From positions 13,893-77,892 of the forward strand of contig WVZL01000032.1 in assembly GCA_011772495.1 (NCBI GenBank): 64,000 nt of DNA. Direction: 5' to 3'. Made by a program: the position numbers and the translations under genes. This DNA is from Candidatus Aminicenantes bacterium (GTDB taxonomy: Bacteria; Acidobacteriota; Aminicenantia; Aminicenantales; Aminicenantaceae). A model generated the notes under the pieces. It ran no database searches. It was given only the letters and a program-made list of their open reading frames with translations, and had not been told where the DNA came from. Shown piece after piece: positions 27,785-37,100 of the stretch (within the stretch, counting starts at the first letter, position 1; each line of letters opens with the position of its first letter).

Positions 27785-28531
27785 ATGAAGATTGGAACCA
27801 TAGTTCACCGAGTTGTCAGTTGTTCGTCTACGAATGACCTGGCAAAAAAAAAGGCCGAGAAAGGCGTAGCAGAAGGCACGGTCATCATTGCTGAGGAACA
27901 GACTAAAGGGAAAGGCACCAAGGGGCGAAACTGGTACTCAGCCAAAAACATGGGACTTTATGCCTCGGCAATCCTCTATCCTGAGAATCCCGATATATCT
28001 CTCCTGCCTCTTATGGCAGGCCTCGCCGTAAAAGAAGCCATAGCCGAATCATTGAGCGTTTCGGTTGGCTTGCGGTGGCCAAATGATCTCCTTTGGGAGG
28101 AGAAAAAATTGGGTGGTATTCTGTGCGAGAGTGATTTTGTCGGGAATCGGCTGAATTATGTCATCTTGGGAATCGGGCTCAATCTCTATCATGACCCCGA
28201 GGATTTTCCCGAAGAGATTCGGCCCCTGGCCGCATCTCTCAAGATGGTTACCGACCTAGAGATCAACGAGGAACGGCTTCTTCGAAGCCTTTGGAAAAGT
28301 TTGAGTCGATGGTACCGGCTTTTTTCTCAGGGTCAAAGCATAAAAATAGCTCATTCTTATGAGAGAAATTCACTTCTCAGGCCAGGACAAAAGCTCAAGC
28401 TGGAGAATGAAAAAGGAGAATTTACTGGTGTTTACAGGGGAATCGATCAGCGGGGAGGTTTGATCCTGGAAGAAAAAGGAATCAGAAAATCTTATTTCTC
28501 GGCTCAGATTAAAGCCATAATCCATGCATAA
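27785..28531 (+). CDS. birA: Biotin--[acetyl-CoA-carboxylase] ligase (no N-terminal HTH domain)
   Basis: 248 aa. GRGRRGRKW-type motif (TKGKGTKGRNWYS) and BPL catalytic core. Confidence 0.85.
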   Translation: MKIGTIVHRVVSCSSTNDLAKKKAEKGVAEGTVIIAEEQTKGKGTKGRNWYSAKNMGLYASAILYPENPDISLLPLMAGLAVKEAIAESLSVSVGLRWPNDLLWEEKKLGGILCESDFVGNRLNYVILGIGLNLYHDPEDFPEEIRPLAASLKMVTDLEINEERLLRSLWKSLSRWYRLFSQGQSIKIAHSYERNSLLRPGQKLKLENEKGEFTGVYRGIDQRGGLILEEKGIRKSYFSAQIKAIIHA

Positions 28532-28543
28532 AGGAGAGGGAAA

Positions 28544-29308
28544 ATGCTTCTGGCAGTGGACATAGGCAACACGAATACAGCGCTTGGCATTTTTTTAGAA
28601 AAGAAATTGATCGAGGATTGGAAAATTCGGACAGAAAGAGAGAGAACAAGCGATGAGTATGCTCTGACGCTTTTGAGTTTGCTGAATTCTTCGGGAATAG
28701 AAACAGCAGAAATCAAGTCAGCCATCATATCGAGTGTTGTTCCTCCTTTAACTCCTGTGTTCCAGAATTTATGCCAGAAACTTTTTAAATTAAAGCCTCT
28801 AGTCGTAGGTCCAGGATTAAAGACAGGAATGTCCATTCTGTATGACAACCCCCTGGAGGTTGGAGCAGATAGAGTTGTGGTTGCGGTGGCTGCCTTTGAG
28901 AAGTATGGAGGGCCTTGTGTGGTGGTCGATTTTGGAACAGCCACCACTTTCGATGCCATCTCTTCCCAAGGGGAGTATTTAGGAGGAGCCATTGCTCCTG
29001 GAATTCAGATTTCTGCTGAAGCTCTTTTCCTTAAAACCGCTAAATTGCCCAGGATTGAAATACGGAAACCCAAGAAAGCCATAGGCCGTTCAACCGTGGC
29101 TAGCATGCAATCCGGGCTCTTTTTTGGCTATGTGGGTCTGATCTCGAATATCATCAGGAAGATTAAAGCAGAACTCGGCAGAAAAGCGAAAGTCATTTCG
29201 ACCGGAGGATTTGCTGCCCAAATTTCACCCGAAATAAAATCCATTGATGTTCATGAGCCTCATCTCACTCTGGAAGGCCTGAGAATCATCCAGGAGAGGA
29301 ATCAATAA
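28544..29308 (+). CDS. coaX: Type III pantothenate kinase
   Basis: 254 aa. MLLAVDIGNTNTALGIF N-terminus, DRVVVAVAA, GTATTFD motifs. Conserved birA-coaX synteny. Confidence 0.9.
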   Translation: MLLAVDIGNTNTALGIFLEKKLIEDWKIRTERERTSDEYALTLLSLLNSSGIETAEIKSAIISSVVPPLTPVFQNLCQKLFKLKPLVVGPGLKTGMSILYDNPLEVGADRVVVAVAAFEKYGGPCVVVDFGTATTFDAISSQGEYLGGAIAPGIQISAEALFLKTAKLPRIEIRKPKKAIGRSTVASMQSGLFFGYVGLISNIIRKIKAELGRKAKVISTGGFAAQISPEIKSIDVHEPHLTLEGLRIIQERNQ

Positions 29309-29317
29309 TATGGGAAA

Positions 29318-29968
29318 TTGAGTTGTGACATGGAAAAGAAGCAGAGAGCCAGGAGCCGATATTTTCAGGAGATTGCCCACCAATTCTTGAAAAGCCGGGG
29401 AGCACCTTTTTTTCTTTCCTCCAAAGATCTCGACCTCATCACAGCCTGGGAGAAAATGGGTATTCCCCTGCGAGTGGCTTTGGAGGGAGTGGATAGGGCC
29501 TTCGAAAGTTACAGAGCAAAACCCACGGCGAGGCGAAAAGTCCTTTCTCTCGCTTTCTGTAATAATCAAGTGCTCAAAGCTTTTGAGCAGTACAAGGAAA
29601 GAAAAGTCGGCGCTCCCAAGAAAAGAAACGAAAGAGACAAGAAAAGGACTAGGATTAAAAATGAAGTCCAGAGATTTCTAAACGATCTTCCCCCGGCTCT
29701 GAGCTATTTGAATGATCTTTATGCTCAAGCGCTGATGGTCCTTTCCAGGAAAAAAATCACGGAGGAGGAATTGGAGCGACTAGAAGAAGAGATCGAAGAG
29801 CTCCTCTTTAAGAATTGTCCTCAGGAAGAACAAGAAAGGGTCAGAAAGGAATTTTCAGATAAATCTTCTCCTGGAGAGGAAGAGCTTATTTCCGTCTACC
29901 GGACAAAACTCGTCAAATCCTTGAGAGAGATGTATAAAATCCCTTATATCTCCTTCTTTTATTATTGA
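29318..29968 (+). CDS. Hypothetical protein (Lys/Arg-rich linker, acidic coiled-coil C-terminus)
   Basis: 216-aa ORF. Stop overlaps the RNase R start region; no recognisable family. Confidence 0.4.
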   Translation: MSCDMEKKQRARSRYFQEIAHQFLKSRGAPFFLSSKDLDLITAWEKMGIPLRVALEGVDRAFESYRAKPTARRKVLSLAFCNNQVLKAFEQYKERKVGAPKKRNERDKKRTRIKNEVQRFLNDLPPALSYLNDLYAQALMVLSRKKITEEELERLEEEIEELLFKNCPQEEQERVRKEFSDKSSPGEEELISVYRTKLVKSLREMYKIPYISFFYY

Positions 29969-29982
29969 TCGCTGGTGAAGGA

Positions 29983-32037
29983 ATGGATGAACGAATCATT
30001 TCTCTGTTGAAGAAAAAAAGGGAAGGGCTCTCCTTCCAAAAACTCATCAAGGAGCTGAGCCTATCTTCCAGACAGAGACAGCAGCTGCGCAAGAGGCTGA
30101 AAGTCCTCGAAGGCAAGGGGATTCTTCGAAGGTATAAGAGCCGGTATTTCATCCCAGCCAAATCGAACTTGGTGGTAGGGAGATTCATTTCCTCTTTCGG
30201 GGGCTATGGGTTTGTGAGCCCTGAGGGAAAGCTGGAGGAAGATATTTTCATTCCCGCCCGCTTCTCAGGGAAGGCCCTTCAAGGCGACCTGGTGGAGGTT
30301 TTCTACAGAGAGAAAGGGAAAAAAGGGAAGCCCGAGGGCCGAGTGCTGAGGATAATCAAGAAAAGCAAAGCCAAGATCATTGGTGTATATGACGAGCGCT
30401 TCAGCCAGCCCTTCTTCCTTCCCTTAGATTCTCCCCAGGCTCAAGAAGTTCCGTTGGCTTCTAAGGAATCTTTTTCTCCTCTTCCAGGAATGATCGTGGA
30501 AGTGGATAGGGAGACTAGGAGATTGACCGGAATTTACGGAATGCCTGAAGAGCCGGGAGTAGATACCCGAGTCGTCATCGAGAGACACGGCCTTCGCTCG
30601 TCTTTTTCTGAAGGAGCAGCAGAAGAAGCTCGAGATGTTCCTGTTGAGGTCAGTCCAGAAGAGATTAAGGGAAGAGTCGATTACCGCAGCTGGAAGACAG
30701 TGACCATAGATGGAGAGAAGGCCCAAGATTTTGATGATGCCGTCAGTATCAAAAAGCTGAAACAAGGGCATTTTCTGTTGGGAGTCCACATTGCCGATGT
30801 TTCTCATTACATAAAACCCGACACCAGCCTCGATAAGGAGGCCTTGCAGAGAGGAACGAGTGTTTATTTCCCAGACCTGACGCTGCCCATGCTTCCTGAA
30901 GTCCTTTCCAACAATATTTGTAGTCTTCGACCCAAGCAGGTGAGGCTCACCTGCTCTGTTTTGTTGGAAATCGATAAAAACGGAGAGATCCTCAAGAGCG
31001 AATTTCATCCTTCGGTGATTCAAACCGCAGAGAGGATGACCTATAACTCTGTTTATAAGATATTCGAAGGAGATAAAAAAGAAAGGCAAAGATATGCTCA
31101 TCTGGTTCCAGATTTTTTATTGATGAAGGAGTTGGCTCGGGTTTTGAGGAGAAAAAGAAAAGCCGAGGGAAGTCTGGATTTTGACCTTGTAGAACCAGAG
31201 CTTGTTTATAAAGAAGAAAAACTCCACTCTGTGGAGCCCTTTAAGGCTAATGAGGCCCATCAAGTCATCGAGGAATTCATGGTGCTAGCGAATGAAGCTG
31301 TGGCTACCTATCTCGGTCAAAAGAAGATCCCGCTGATCTACCGGGTTCATCCCCGACCTGCTCTTCAAGACCTGGATAGACTCAGGACCATGCTCCTGCA
31401 TTTTGGGATATCCTTTCCTCGCGCCAAGGATGCGGAATCTTATGATTTACAGCGGGCAATAAAGTCTGCTGAAGGGAAGCCCGAGGAGAAATTCATCAAC
31501 CTGCAGGTTCTGAAGTCCTTAAAGCTGGCTGTCTACACTGAAGAAAGACTGGGACATTATGGTCTGGCCAAGAAGGAGTATACCCATTTTACTTCTCCTA
31601 TCCGGCGCTATCCGGATCTTGTTGTTCATCGAATATTGAAGAATGCCCTGAAAAAAGACAAAGCTGAGATGCCTGAGCTTTCTTCCGTAGCTCTCCATTC
31701 CAGTCATCAAGAACGAGAAGCAGAGGCCGCCGAAAAGGAGTTGATAGAATGGCGCATATTACGGTTATTGCAGGAAAAGCTCGGCGAGGAATTGGAGGGG
31801 ATCATCGTCGGTATTTCCAGGGCTGGATTGGCAGTTGAGTTGGATAATTATTTTGTCGATGGCCTCATTTCTTATGCTGATTTAAAGAATGATTATTATT
31901 CCCGCAAGTCTGACAAAACTATAGTCGGAAGGAGGACAGGAGAGAAATATGAGTTGGGGGACAGGGTCAAAGTGATTCTCGCTTCCGTGAATCCTCTCTT
32001 GAGAAGGATAAATTTGACCTTAAGCCAAGGAAATTGA
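29983..32037 (+). CDS. rnr: Ribonuclease R
   Basis: RNB catalytic domain (AQDFDDAVSI, GTSVYFPD...LPMLPE), cold-shock/OB domains, C-terminal S1 domain. ATG 29983 is the likely start (track start 29965 is TTG overlapping the previous stop). Confidence 0.9.
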   Translation: MDERIISLLKKKREGLSFQKLIKELSLSSRQRQQLRKRLKVLEGKGILRRYKSRYFIPAKSNLVVGRFISSFGGYGFVSPEGKLEEDIFIPARFSGKALQGDLVEVFYREKGKKGKPEGRVLRIIKKSKAKIIGVYDERFSQPFFLPLDSPQAQEVPLASKESFSPLPGMIVEVDRETRRLTGIYGMPEEPGVDTRVVIERHGLRSSFSEGAAEEARDVPVEVSPEEIKGRVDYRSWKTVTIDGEKAQDFDDAVSIKKLKQGHFLLGVHIADVSHYIKPDTSLDKEALQRGTSVYFPDLTLPMLPEVLSNNICSLRPKQVRLTCSVLLEIDKNGEILKSEFHPSVIQTAERMTYNSVYKIFEGDKKERQRYAHLVPDFLLMKELARVLRRKRKAEGSLDFDLVEPELVYKEEKLHSVEPFKANEAHQVIEEFMVLANEAVATYLGQKKIPLIYRVHPRPALQDLDRLRTMLLHFGISFPRAKDAESYDLQRAIKSAEGKPEEKFINLQVLKSLKLAVYTEERLGHYGLAKKEYTHFTSPIRRYPDLVVHRILKNALKKDKAEMPELSSVALHSSHQEREAEAAEKELIEWRILRLLQEKLGEELEGIIVGISRAGLAVELDNYFVDGLISYADLKNDYYSRKSDKTIVGRRTGEKYELGDRVKVILASVNPLLRRINLTLSQGN

Positions 32038-33134
32038 AGAAAAAGAACCCGATGGAGACAAAGTGTTTTGATGCTCTGGTCGACTTCTCTGCTGTCGATC
32101 ATAAAAAAATCCTTGATGTTTTTCTCCGGGTGAAGACCGAAGGAACCTCGGCCGCTGTTCAATTTTATGGAAAGGCTGAGAAGGGGGATCTATTTTTTGT
32201 CCGGGTGTGTGCGAGCCGGATTCTTCATCTCAAATGGAAGGATAAATTCGAAATCAAGAAAAAGAGAGAGGGGACGCTTTGGGGAAAGGGTATCGTCCTC
32301 AATCCCGTCTCTTCGGAAGTCAGAGGGAAAAAAGCCGCCAAGAGAATGAGCTTCCTAGAGCTTCTGCGAGGGGATAAAAAAGAGATGCTGGCCGCCCTTG
32401 CTCAAGAGAGAGGTATTCAGGGTCTAAGAGAAAGAGAGGTTATCAATTTTTGCAGGTTTACCAAAAGTTCTCTCAGACGTGCTTGCCAAGAATTAGAACA
32501 GGAAGGGAAGGTAAGGATTCTGTCTTTTTCACCTCTTTTCCTGGTCGATCAGCCGAGCCTTGTTTTCCTTTCCGAAAAGATTGTTTCCTATCTTGAGCAA
32601 TATCACCAGAAGCATCCCGAACATAGCGGTGTGTCTAAGGAGAAAATCAAAAAAAGGTACGACCTTCACCCCAGGATTCTCTCCTTATCCTTAAAAATCC
32701 TGGAAAAGAAAGGTCTGGTAGAACAAAGAGGAGATGAACTCGCTCTAGCCAAGTTTCAAAGGGCTCCCACTGCCGCTGAAGAAAATATCCTACAAGAACT
32801 TGAAAAAATGTGTTTCCAAGGAGAATTCCGTTCTGTTTCCATGAAGAATCTCCAACAGAGATTCCGTCTCTCCTCCAAAAGACTCAACATGCTCCTTGCC
32901 CTTCTTATCGAGAGGGAAAAGATCGTCCAGAGCAAAGATGGTTTCTTCCTTCATTCCCGGTGGCTGGAAGAAATCATATCCAAGCTCAAGGAGCACAGCG
33001 GAAAAGAGTTGACTGTCTCTGATTTTAAAAAGATAACCGGGTTGAGCCGAAAATACGCTATACCCCTGTTGGAATTACTGGATCAAATGGGTGTCACCAG
33101 AAGAATAAGCCCTTCCCGGCGGGTGATAGGGTAA
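32034..33134 (+). CDS. SelB C-terminal winged-helix (SelB-wing) repeat protein lacking any GTPase/EF-Tu domain
   Basis: 366 aa. Start overlaps the rnr stop (ATGA). C-terminus VSDFKKITGLSRKYAIPLLELLDQMGVTRRISPSRRVIG matches the SECIS-binding WH4 hallmark (SRKYAIPLLEYLD..G.TRR.GD.R) of elongation factor SelB. Upstream segments look like further WH repeats. No G1-G4 GTPase motifs anywhere. Confidence 0.6.
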   Translation: MKKKNPMETKCFDALVDFSAVDHKKILDVFLRVKTEGTSAAVQFYGKAEKGDLFFVRVCASRILHLKWKDKFEIKKKREGTLWGKGIVLNPVSSEVRGKKAAKRMSFLELLRGDKKEMLAALAQERGIQGLREREVINFCRFTKSSLRRACQELEQEGKVRILSFSPLFLVDQPSLVFLSEKIVSYLEQYHQKHPEHSGVSKEKIKKRYDLHPRILSLSLKILEKKGLVEQRGDELALAKFQRAPTAAEENILQELEKMCFQGEFRSVSMKNLQQRFRLSSKRLNMLLALLIEREKIVQSKDGFFLHSRWLEEIISKLKEHSGKELTVSDFKKITGLSRKYAIPLLELLDQMGVTRRISPSRRVIG

Positions 33135-33138
33135 GGAT

Positions 33139-35211
33139 TTATTTTTTCTTTATATCTTTTTTTTGTTTGTCCAAGGCTGTTTTCAGTTTTTCGGCAAAGA
33201 GGCCGAAAGCAGGCTCTTCTGAGACAGCTGGTTTCTTGGGAACTTCCTTTTTCTCTTTTGGCGGGAGTTCTACCTTTACTTCTTCCCTTTTTTCTTTAAC
33301 GGCTGTCAGCGCTTCTAGTTCCGATTCCTCGATCTCTATCTTTTCTTCAATAAACCTCTTCTCTCTGGTTCTCAGGCGAGGACCTCGTTCCCGCTCCATT
33401 TTCTGTCTTTTCTTTTTCGAAATTTTGACTTTCTCTTTTTCGGGAGGTTCCTCGAGCGGAATTCTTTCATCGATTGCGGGCTCTCGGACTTCGGGGGCAA
33501 CCTCTTCTGCCTTGACCTCCATGGTCGCTGGAGGCATCTCTTCTTCGAGAGGTGCTTCAACCGGAATTTCTTTTTCTGGGGGAATCTCTTTGGCTTCTAT
33601 AACAGGAGGTGCTTCAACTGGAACTTCAGGAGCTGCCTCAGGAATTTCCTCTTCTTCGATTTCTATTTTTTCTTGATAGAAGAAAACTCCCTTCTTTTTG
33701 CTCGATTTTTTGAATTCAGGTGAATTGAGGAGAGTTATTTCCACATCTTCCTGAGAAGTCCGTTTTAAAATGTCGACGAGATGGTAGGCCCGGAGAGAAT
33801 GGAGGGCATAATTATCACCCTCCAGACCAAAATTCTTATAGATGAGAATGAGGAGCTCTCTTAAGTTCGATTTATTTCTTTGGGCATACAGGGAAGCAAG
33901 CTGGGAGAAGGTCTCTTTTTCAATATGAATGATCTTATTGGGCAGCGAATAAGAGAAAAGCTCTTCTCCTGTTTCTTCGAACTTATCTTCTTTGGGGTCA
34001 TAAGTGATTTTGAACACCGAGAGTTTCTTTTTTGATTTTTTGAGCCAAAAATTGAATTGGTTTCCTTCCTTGCGTTCCAGAGTTAAACTTGCTCCCTGAG
34101 GAACATTATTTTGCTCGTAAAAGTCCTTCAAGCCCAGAAAGAAGCCCTGAGTTGGGTAGAAGTGAAGAGTATAATCTTTTCCGCCCTCGACATCAGTGAA
34201 GACGTATTCGCGGCAAGAGGAGAGTTCTCTGGTCAGGGCCTTGGGTGTTTTTATGCCCCCGGAGAAGATTTCCCTCCAGGTGAGATAGATCTTTAAAGAA
34301 TCCGTTTGGAGCTGGACTTTTTCAGGCTTCTCTTCTTCTTCAAAGGCGGGAAGTTTGGCGGAAGGCGCTGAGAGAGGAAGTCCAGAGAGCAGAGAATTCA
34401 GGTATTTCTTCAAATGCCATTTTCCCCAGCTGTATGGCGCCACAAAAACAAAATCCTTTTTATGTTTTTTTTCAAGAACATGGTTCAGGCTGAGGCAGTG
34501 GATTTCAAAATGATCATCCGAAGGGCTCAAGCCGAAAAGCTTATTGACTAAGGCTGTTGTTTCAACCGATTTCTTGTTCTCCAAAAGATGCTTTTCGATT
34601 TCTTTTATTTTTTTGTCTTTGATTTCGACTTGATTCTCTGCCAACTGCCAATATTGATTCCAATTTATAAATTTGGAAGATTTGGAAAGGGCAAGCTTCA
34701 GGTTTTTTTCTAGAGTCTTTATGTCCCGGTCTGTCATGGGAAGCTCATCGAGTCTGGGGTCTTCCTCTTTTTTCATTTTTTCCGGGACTTTGGCTTTACC
34801 TTCCAGGTTGCTGGGCAGCAAGACTTGGGTCTTCGTTTTCTTCATGTAATCGATGTATTTCCTGAAAAGTCCTCCCCCTGCATAGTCCACCTCCAGCATC
34901 TCACAGTTGAAATTTTCATAAGCTTCTTTATTGATAACCTTTAACACTATAGCGCCTTGAAAGTGCTGGGCTCCTTTGCTGCTTACCAACAGAGGTTCAT
35001 TGTATTCTTTATAAATGGAATCTCCGATCTCGTAGGAAGATTCAGGGTCATATTTCTTGACTTCTTCGCTCAACTGGTCAGCGCTTTTATAATAAGCAAG
35101 CTTTTTAGTCAGCTCGTCAAGGAGAAGGGGACGCGGTTTCTTGCGCAGCTCCTTTTCTAGAAAAGCAACGTCTTTTTCAGTGACTTTGGTGCGGGTGAGT
35201 TTGGCTTCCAT
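33139..35211 (-). CDS. Large hypothetical protein (690 aa) with C-terminal Pro/Glu-rich disordered repeats and basic tail
   Basis: Long uninterrupted ORF convergent with the rnr operon. C-terminal ~170 aa low complexity (EIPEAAPEVPVEAPPVIEAKEIPPEKEIPVEAP... then KKKRQKMERERGPRLRTREKR). N-terminal 500 aa globular without a recognisable family. Confidence 0.55.
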   Translation of the reverse strand: MEAKLTRTKVTEKDVAFLEKELRKKPRPLLLDELTKKLAYYKSADQLSEEVKKYDPESSYEIGDSIYKEYNEPLLVSSKGAQHFQGAIVLKVINKEAYENFNCEMLEVDYAGGGLFRKYIDYMKKTKTQVLLPSNLEGKAKVPEKMKKEEDPRLDELPMTDRDIKTLEKNLKLALSKSSKFINWNQYWQLAENQVEIKDKKIKEIEKHLLENKKSVETTALVNKLFGLSPSDDHFEIHCLSLNHVLEKKHKKDFVFVAPYSWGKWHLKKYLNSLLSGLPLSAPSAKLPAFEEEEKPEKVQLQTDSLKIYLTWREIFSGGIKTPKALTRELSSCREYVFTDVEGGKDYTLHFYPTQGFFLGLKDFYEQNNVPQGASLTLERKEGNQFNFWLKKSKKKLSVFKITYDPKEDKFEETGEELFSYSLPNKIIHIEKETFSQLASLYAQRNKSNLRELLILIYKNFGLEGDNYALHSLRAYHLVDILKRTSQEDVEITLLNSPEFKKSSKKKGVFFYQEKIEIEEEEIPEAAPEVPVEAPPVIEAKEIPPEKEIPVEAPLEEEMPPATMEVKAEEVAPEVREPAIDERIPLEEPPEKEKVKISKKKRQKMERERGPRLRTREKRFIEEKIEIEESELEALTAVKEKREEVKVELPPKEKKEVPKKPAVSEEPAFGLFAEKLKTALDKQKKDIKKK

Positions 35212-35213
35212 TC

Positions 35214-36137
35214 CTAACTTTTTTTCCTCATTAATAATAGCATAATAGCTTTTTGAACATGAAGCCTATTTTCTGCCTGATCAAAAACTACGGATTGGGA
35301 AGAATTGATGACTTCAGCGGTGACTTCTTCTCCCCGGTGAGCGGGAAGACAATGCATAAAAAAGGCGTCGGGTTTGGCTTTGGCCATTAAGGTCTTGTTG
35401 ACTTGGAAGGGAGTGAAGATTTTGGCTCTTTCCTCTTTTTCTTCTTCTTGCCCCATGGAAGCCCAAACATCGGTGTATACAGCCGCAGCTTCTTGAACAG
35501 CTTCCTCAGGATCATGAGTCAGGGTGAAAGTGCTTCCTGTTTCTTTTCCGTCTTGTTCAACAATTTTCAGGATTTCCTCTTTTGGTTCGTATCCCGGAGG
35601 AGTGGCCACAGCTATCCGGGTTCCCGTTTTAGCAGCTGCTAGAAGAAGGCTATGGCAGACGTTATTGCCGTCTCCAAGGTAAGCCAATTTGAGATTGGTC
35701 AAATCTATTCGCTTCTCCTTGAGAGTGAAAAAATCGGCCATGGCCTGGCAGGGATGCAAGAGGTCGGTTAAGCCGTTGATGACCGGAATAGCACTGCTCT
35801 CGGCTAGATCAAGAACATCTTGATGATCAAAAGTCCTGATCATAACCCCATCAATCCAGCGCTCCAGGTTCTGGCCCACATCATGGATGCTCTCTCTGGT
35901 GCCCATTTGGATATCTGAAGGGCCTAGGTATACAGCCTCTCCTCCCAGCTGGAGCATTCCGACTTCAAAAGTCATGCGGGTTCGCAGAGAGGGCTTCTGG
36001 AATATCATGGCCAGGATTTTCCTGTTGAGTTTATTGCGAAATCGCTGAGGGTGAGTCTTTATCTCCTGGGTCAAGTCTAGGACCTGACTGAATTCATAAA
36101 GAGTGAGGTCGTGAATGGAGATAAAATCTTCGAGCAT
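35214..36137 (-). CDS. argF: Ornithine carbamoyltransferase
   Basis: 307 aa. Carbamoyl-phosphate site SLRTR (variant of STRTR), HPCQ, ornithine-binding DVWASMG and HCLP motifs. Confidence 0.85.
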   Translation of the reverse strand: MLEDFISIHDLTLYEFSQVLDLTQEIKTHPQRFRNKLNRKILAMIFQKPSLRTRMTFEVGMLQLGGEAVYLGPSDIQMGTRESIHDVGQNLERWIDGVMIRTFDHQDVLDLAESSAIPVINGLTDLLHPCQAMADFFTLKEKRIDLTNLKLAYLGDGNNVCHSLLLAAAKTGTRIAVATPPGYEPKEEILKIVEQDGKETGSTFTLTHDPEEAVQEAAAVYTDVWASMGQEEEKEERAKIFTPFQVNKTLMAKAKPDAFFMHCLPAHRGEEVTAEVINSSQSVVFDQAENRLHVQKAIMLLLMRKKS

Positions 36138-36149
36138 TCTTTCCTCCAG

Positions 36150-37100
36150 TTAAGGACTCGGCCTGATTCTCGTTCCCGCCCGATTGATCAAGGCTGCTTT
36201 AAGGTAATTGGCGGAGGTGATCAGAACTTCTTTCCCTCTATTCTGGATGTACTCGATGGCGGCTTGAATCTTGGGTCCCATGGAGCCGGGGGGAAACTGA
36301 CCTTGAGCCAGGTATTCTTGAGCCTGTTCGACAGTCATGGCAGAAATTCCTTCTTGATCGGATTTACCGAAATTCAAATAGATTTGATCAATATTAGTCA
36401 AGTTGATAAAAAGATCGGCTTTGGCCTCTTGGGCAATAAGGCTAGCAGCATAGTCCTTATCGATGACAGCCTCTACTCCTTGGAAAAGACCGTTGGTGTT
36501 GATGATAACAGGAATTCCTCCTCCTCCGGCAGTGATAACAATTTTTCCAGATTGGACCAAATCTCTGATCACGTATTTGGGAACAACATCGATGGGTTTA
36601 GGGGAAGGAACGACTCGGCGATAGCCTCTCCCTGAATCCTCGATGATTTTGCATTTTTTCTCACGGGCGATGATCTGAGCCCTGTATCTTGAATAAAAGG
36701 GTCCCACTGGCTTAGTCGGGTTTTCAAAGGCCGGGTCATTCCTGTCCACAACAACTTGAGTGACGAGGGTGGCAACTTCTTTATCCACCGAGTTTTTCCG
36801 AAGCTCATTGATGATGGCTTTCTCGAGCATATATCCCATGCTCCCTTCGGTCATGGCATCACAGACTTCAAGAGAAAAAGGGGGAACCTTGGTCACCGAT
36901 TCCTCCATCTGGATGAGGAGATTGCCAACCTGAGGGCCGTTGCCATGGACGATGATCAAGTCGTATCCTTTTCTCACCACATGCACCATGAGCTCAGATG
37001 CTTTTTGGGCGTTTTTCATCTGCTCTGATTGGAGACCTCTCTGGTCTTCAGGAAGGATGGCATTTCCCCCAAAAGCAATCAGGGCAATTTTTCTTTTCAT
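36150..37100 (-). CDS. arcC: Carbamate kinase
   Basis: 316 aa: MKRKIALIAFGGNAIL...IVHGNGPQVGNL...TAGGGGIPV, amino-acid kinase fold typical of carbamate kinase. Confidence 0.85.
   Translation of the reverse strand: MKRKIALIAFGGNAILPEDQRGLQSEQMKNAQKASELMVHVVRKGYDLIIVHGNGPQVGNLLIQMEESVTKVPPFSLEVCDAMTEGSMGYMLEKAIINELRKNSVDKEVATLVTQVVVDRNDPAFENPTKPVGPFYSRYRAQIIAREKKCKIIEDSGRGYRRVVPSPKPIDVVPKYVIRDLVQSGKIVITAGGGGIPVIINTNGLFQGVEAVIDKDYAASLIAQEAKADLFINLTNIDQIYLNFGKSDQEGISAMTVEQAQEYLAQGQFPPGSMGPKIQAAIEYIQNRGKEVLITSANYLKAALINRAGTRIRPSP

Noticed and set aside
33167-33676. 169-aa + strand Ser/Gly-rich ORF
   Set aside because: Antisense to the Pro/Glu-rich repeat region of the 690-aa gene; the low-complexity mirror-image translation is a classic artefact.
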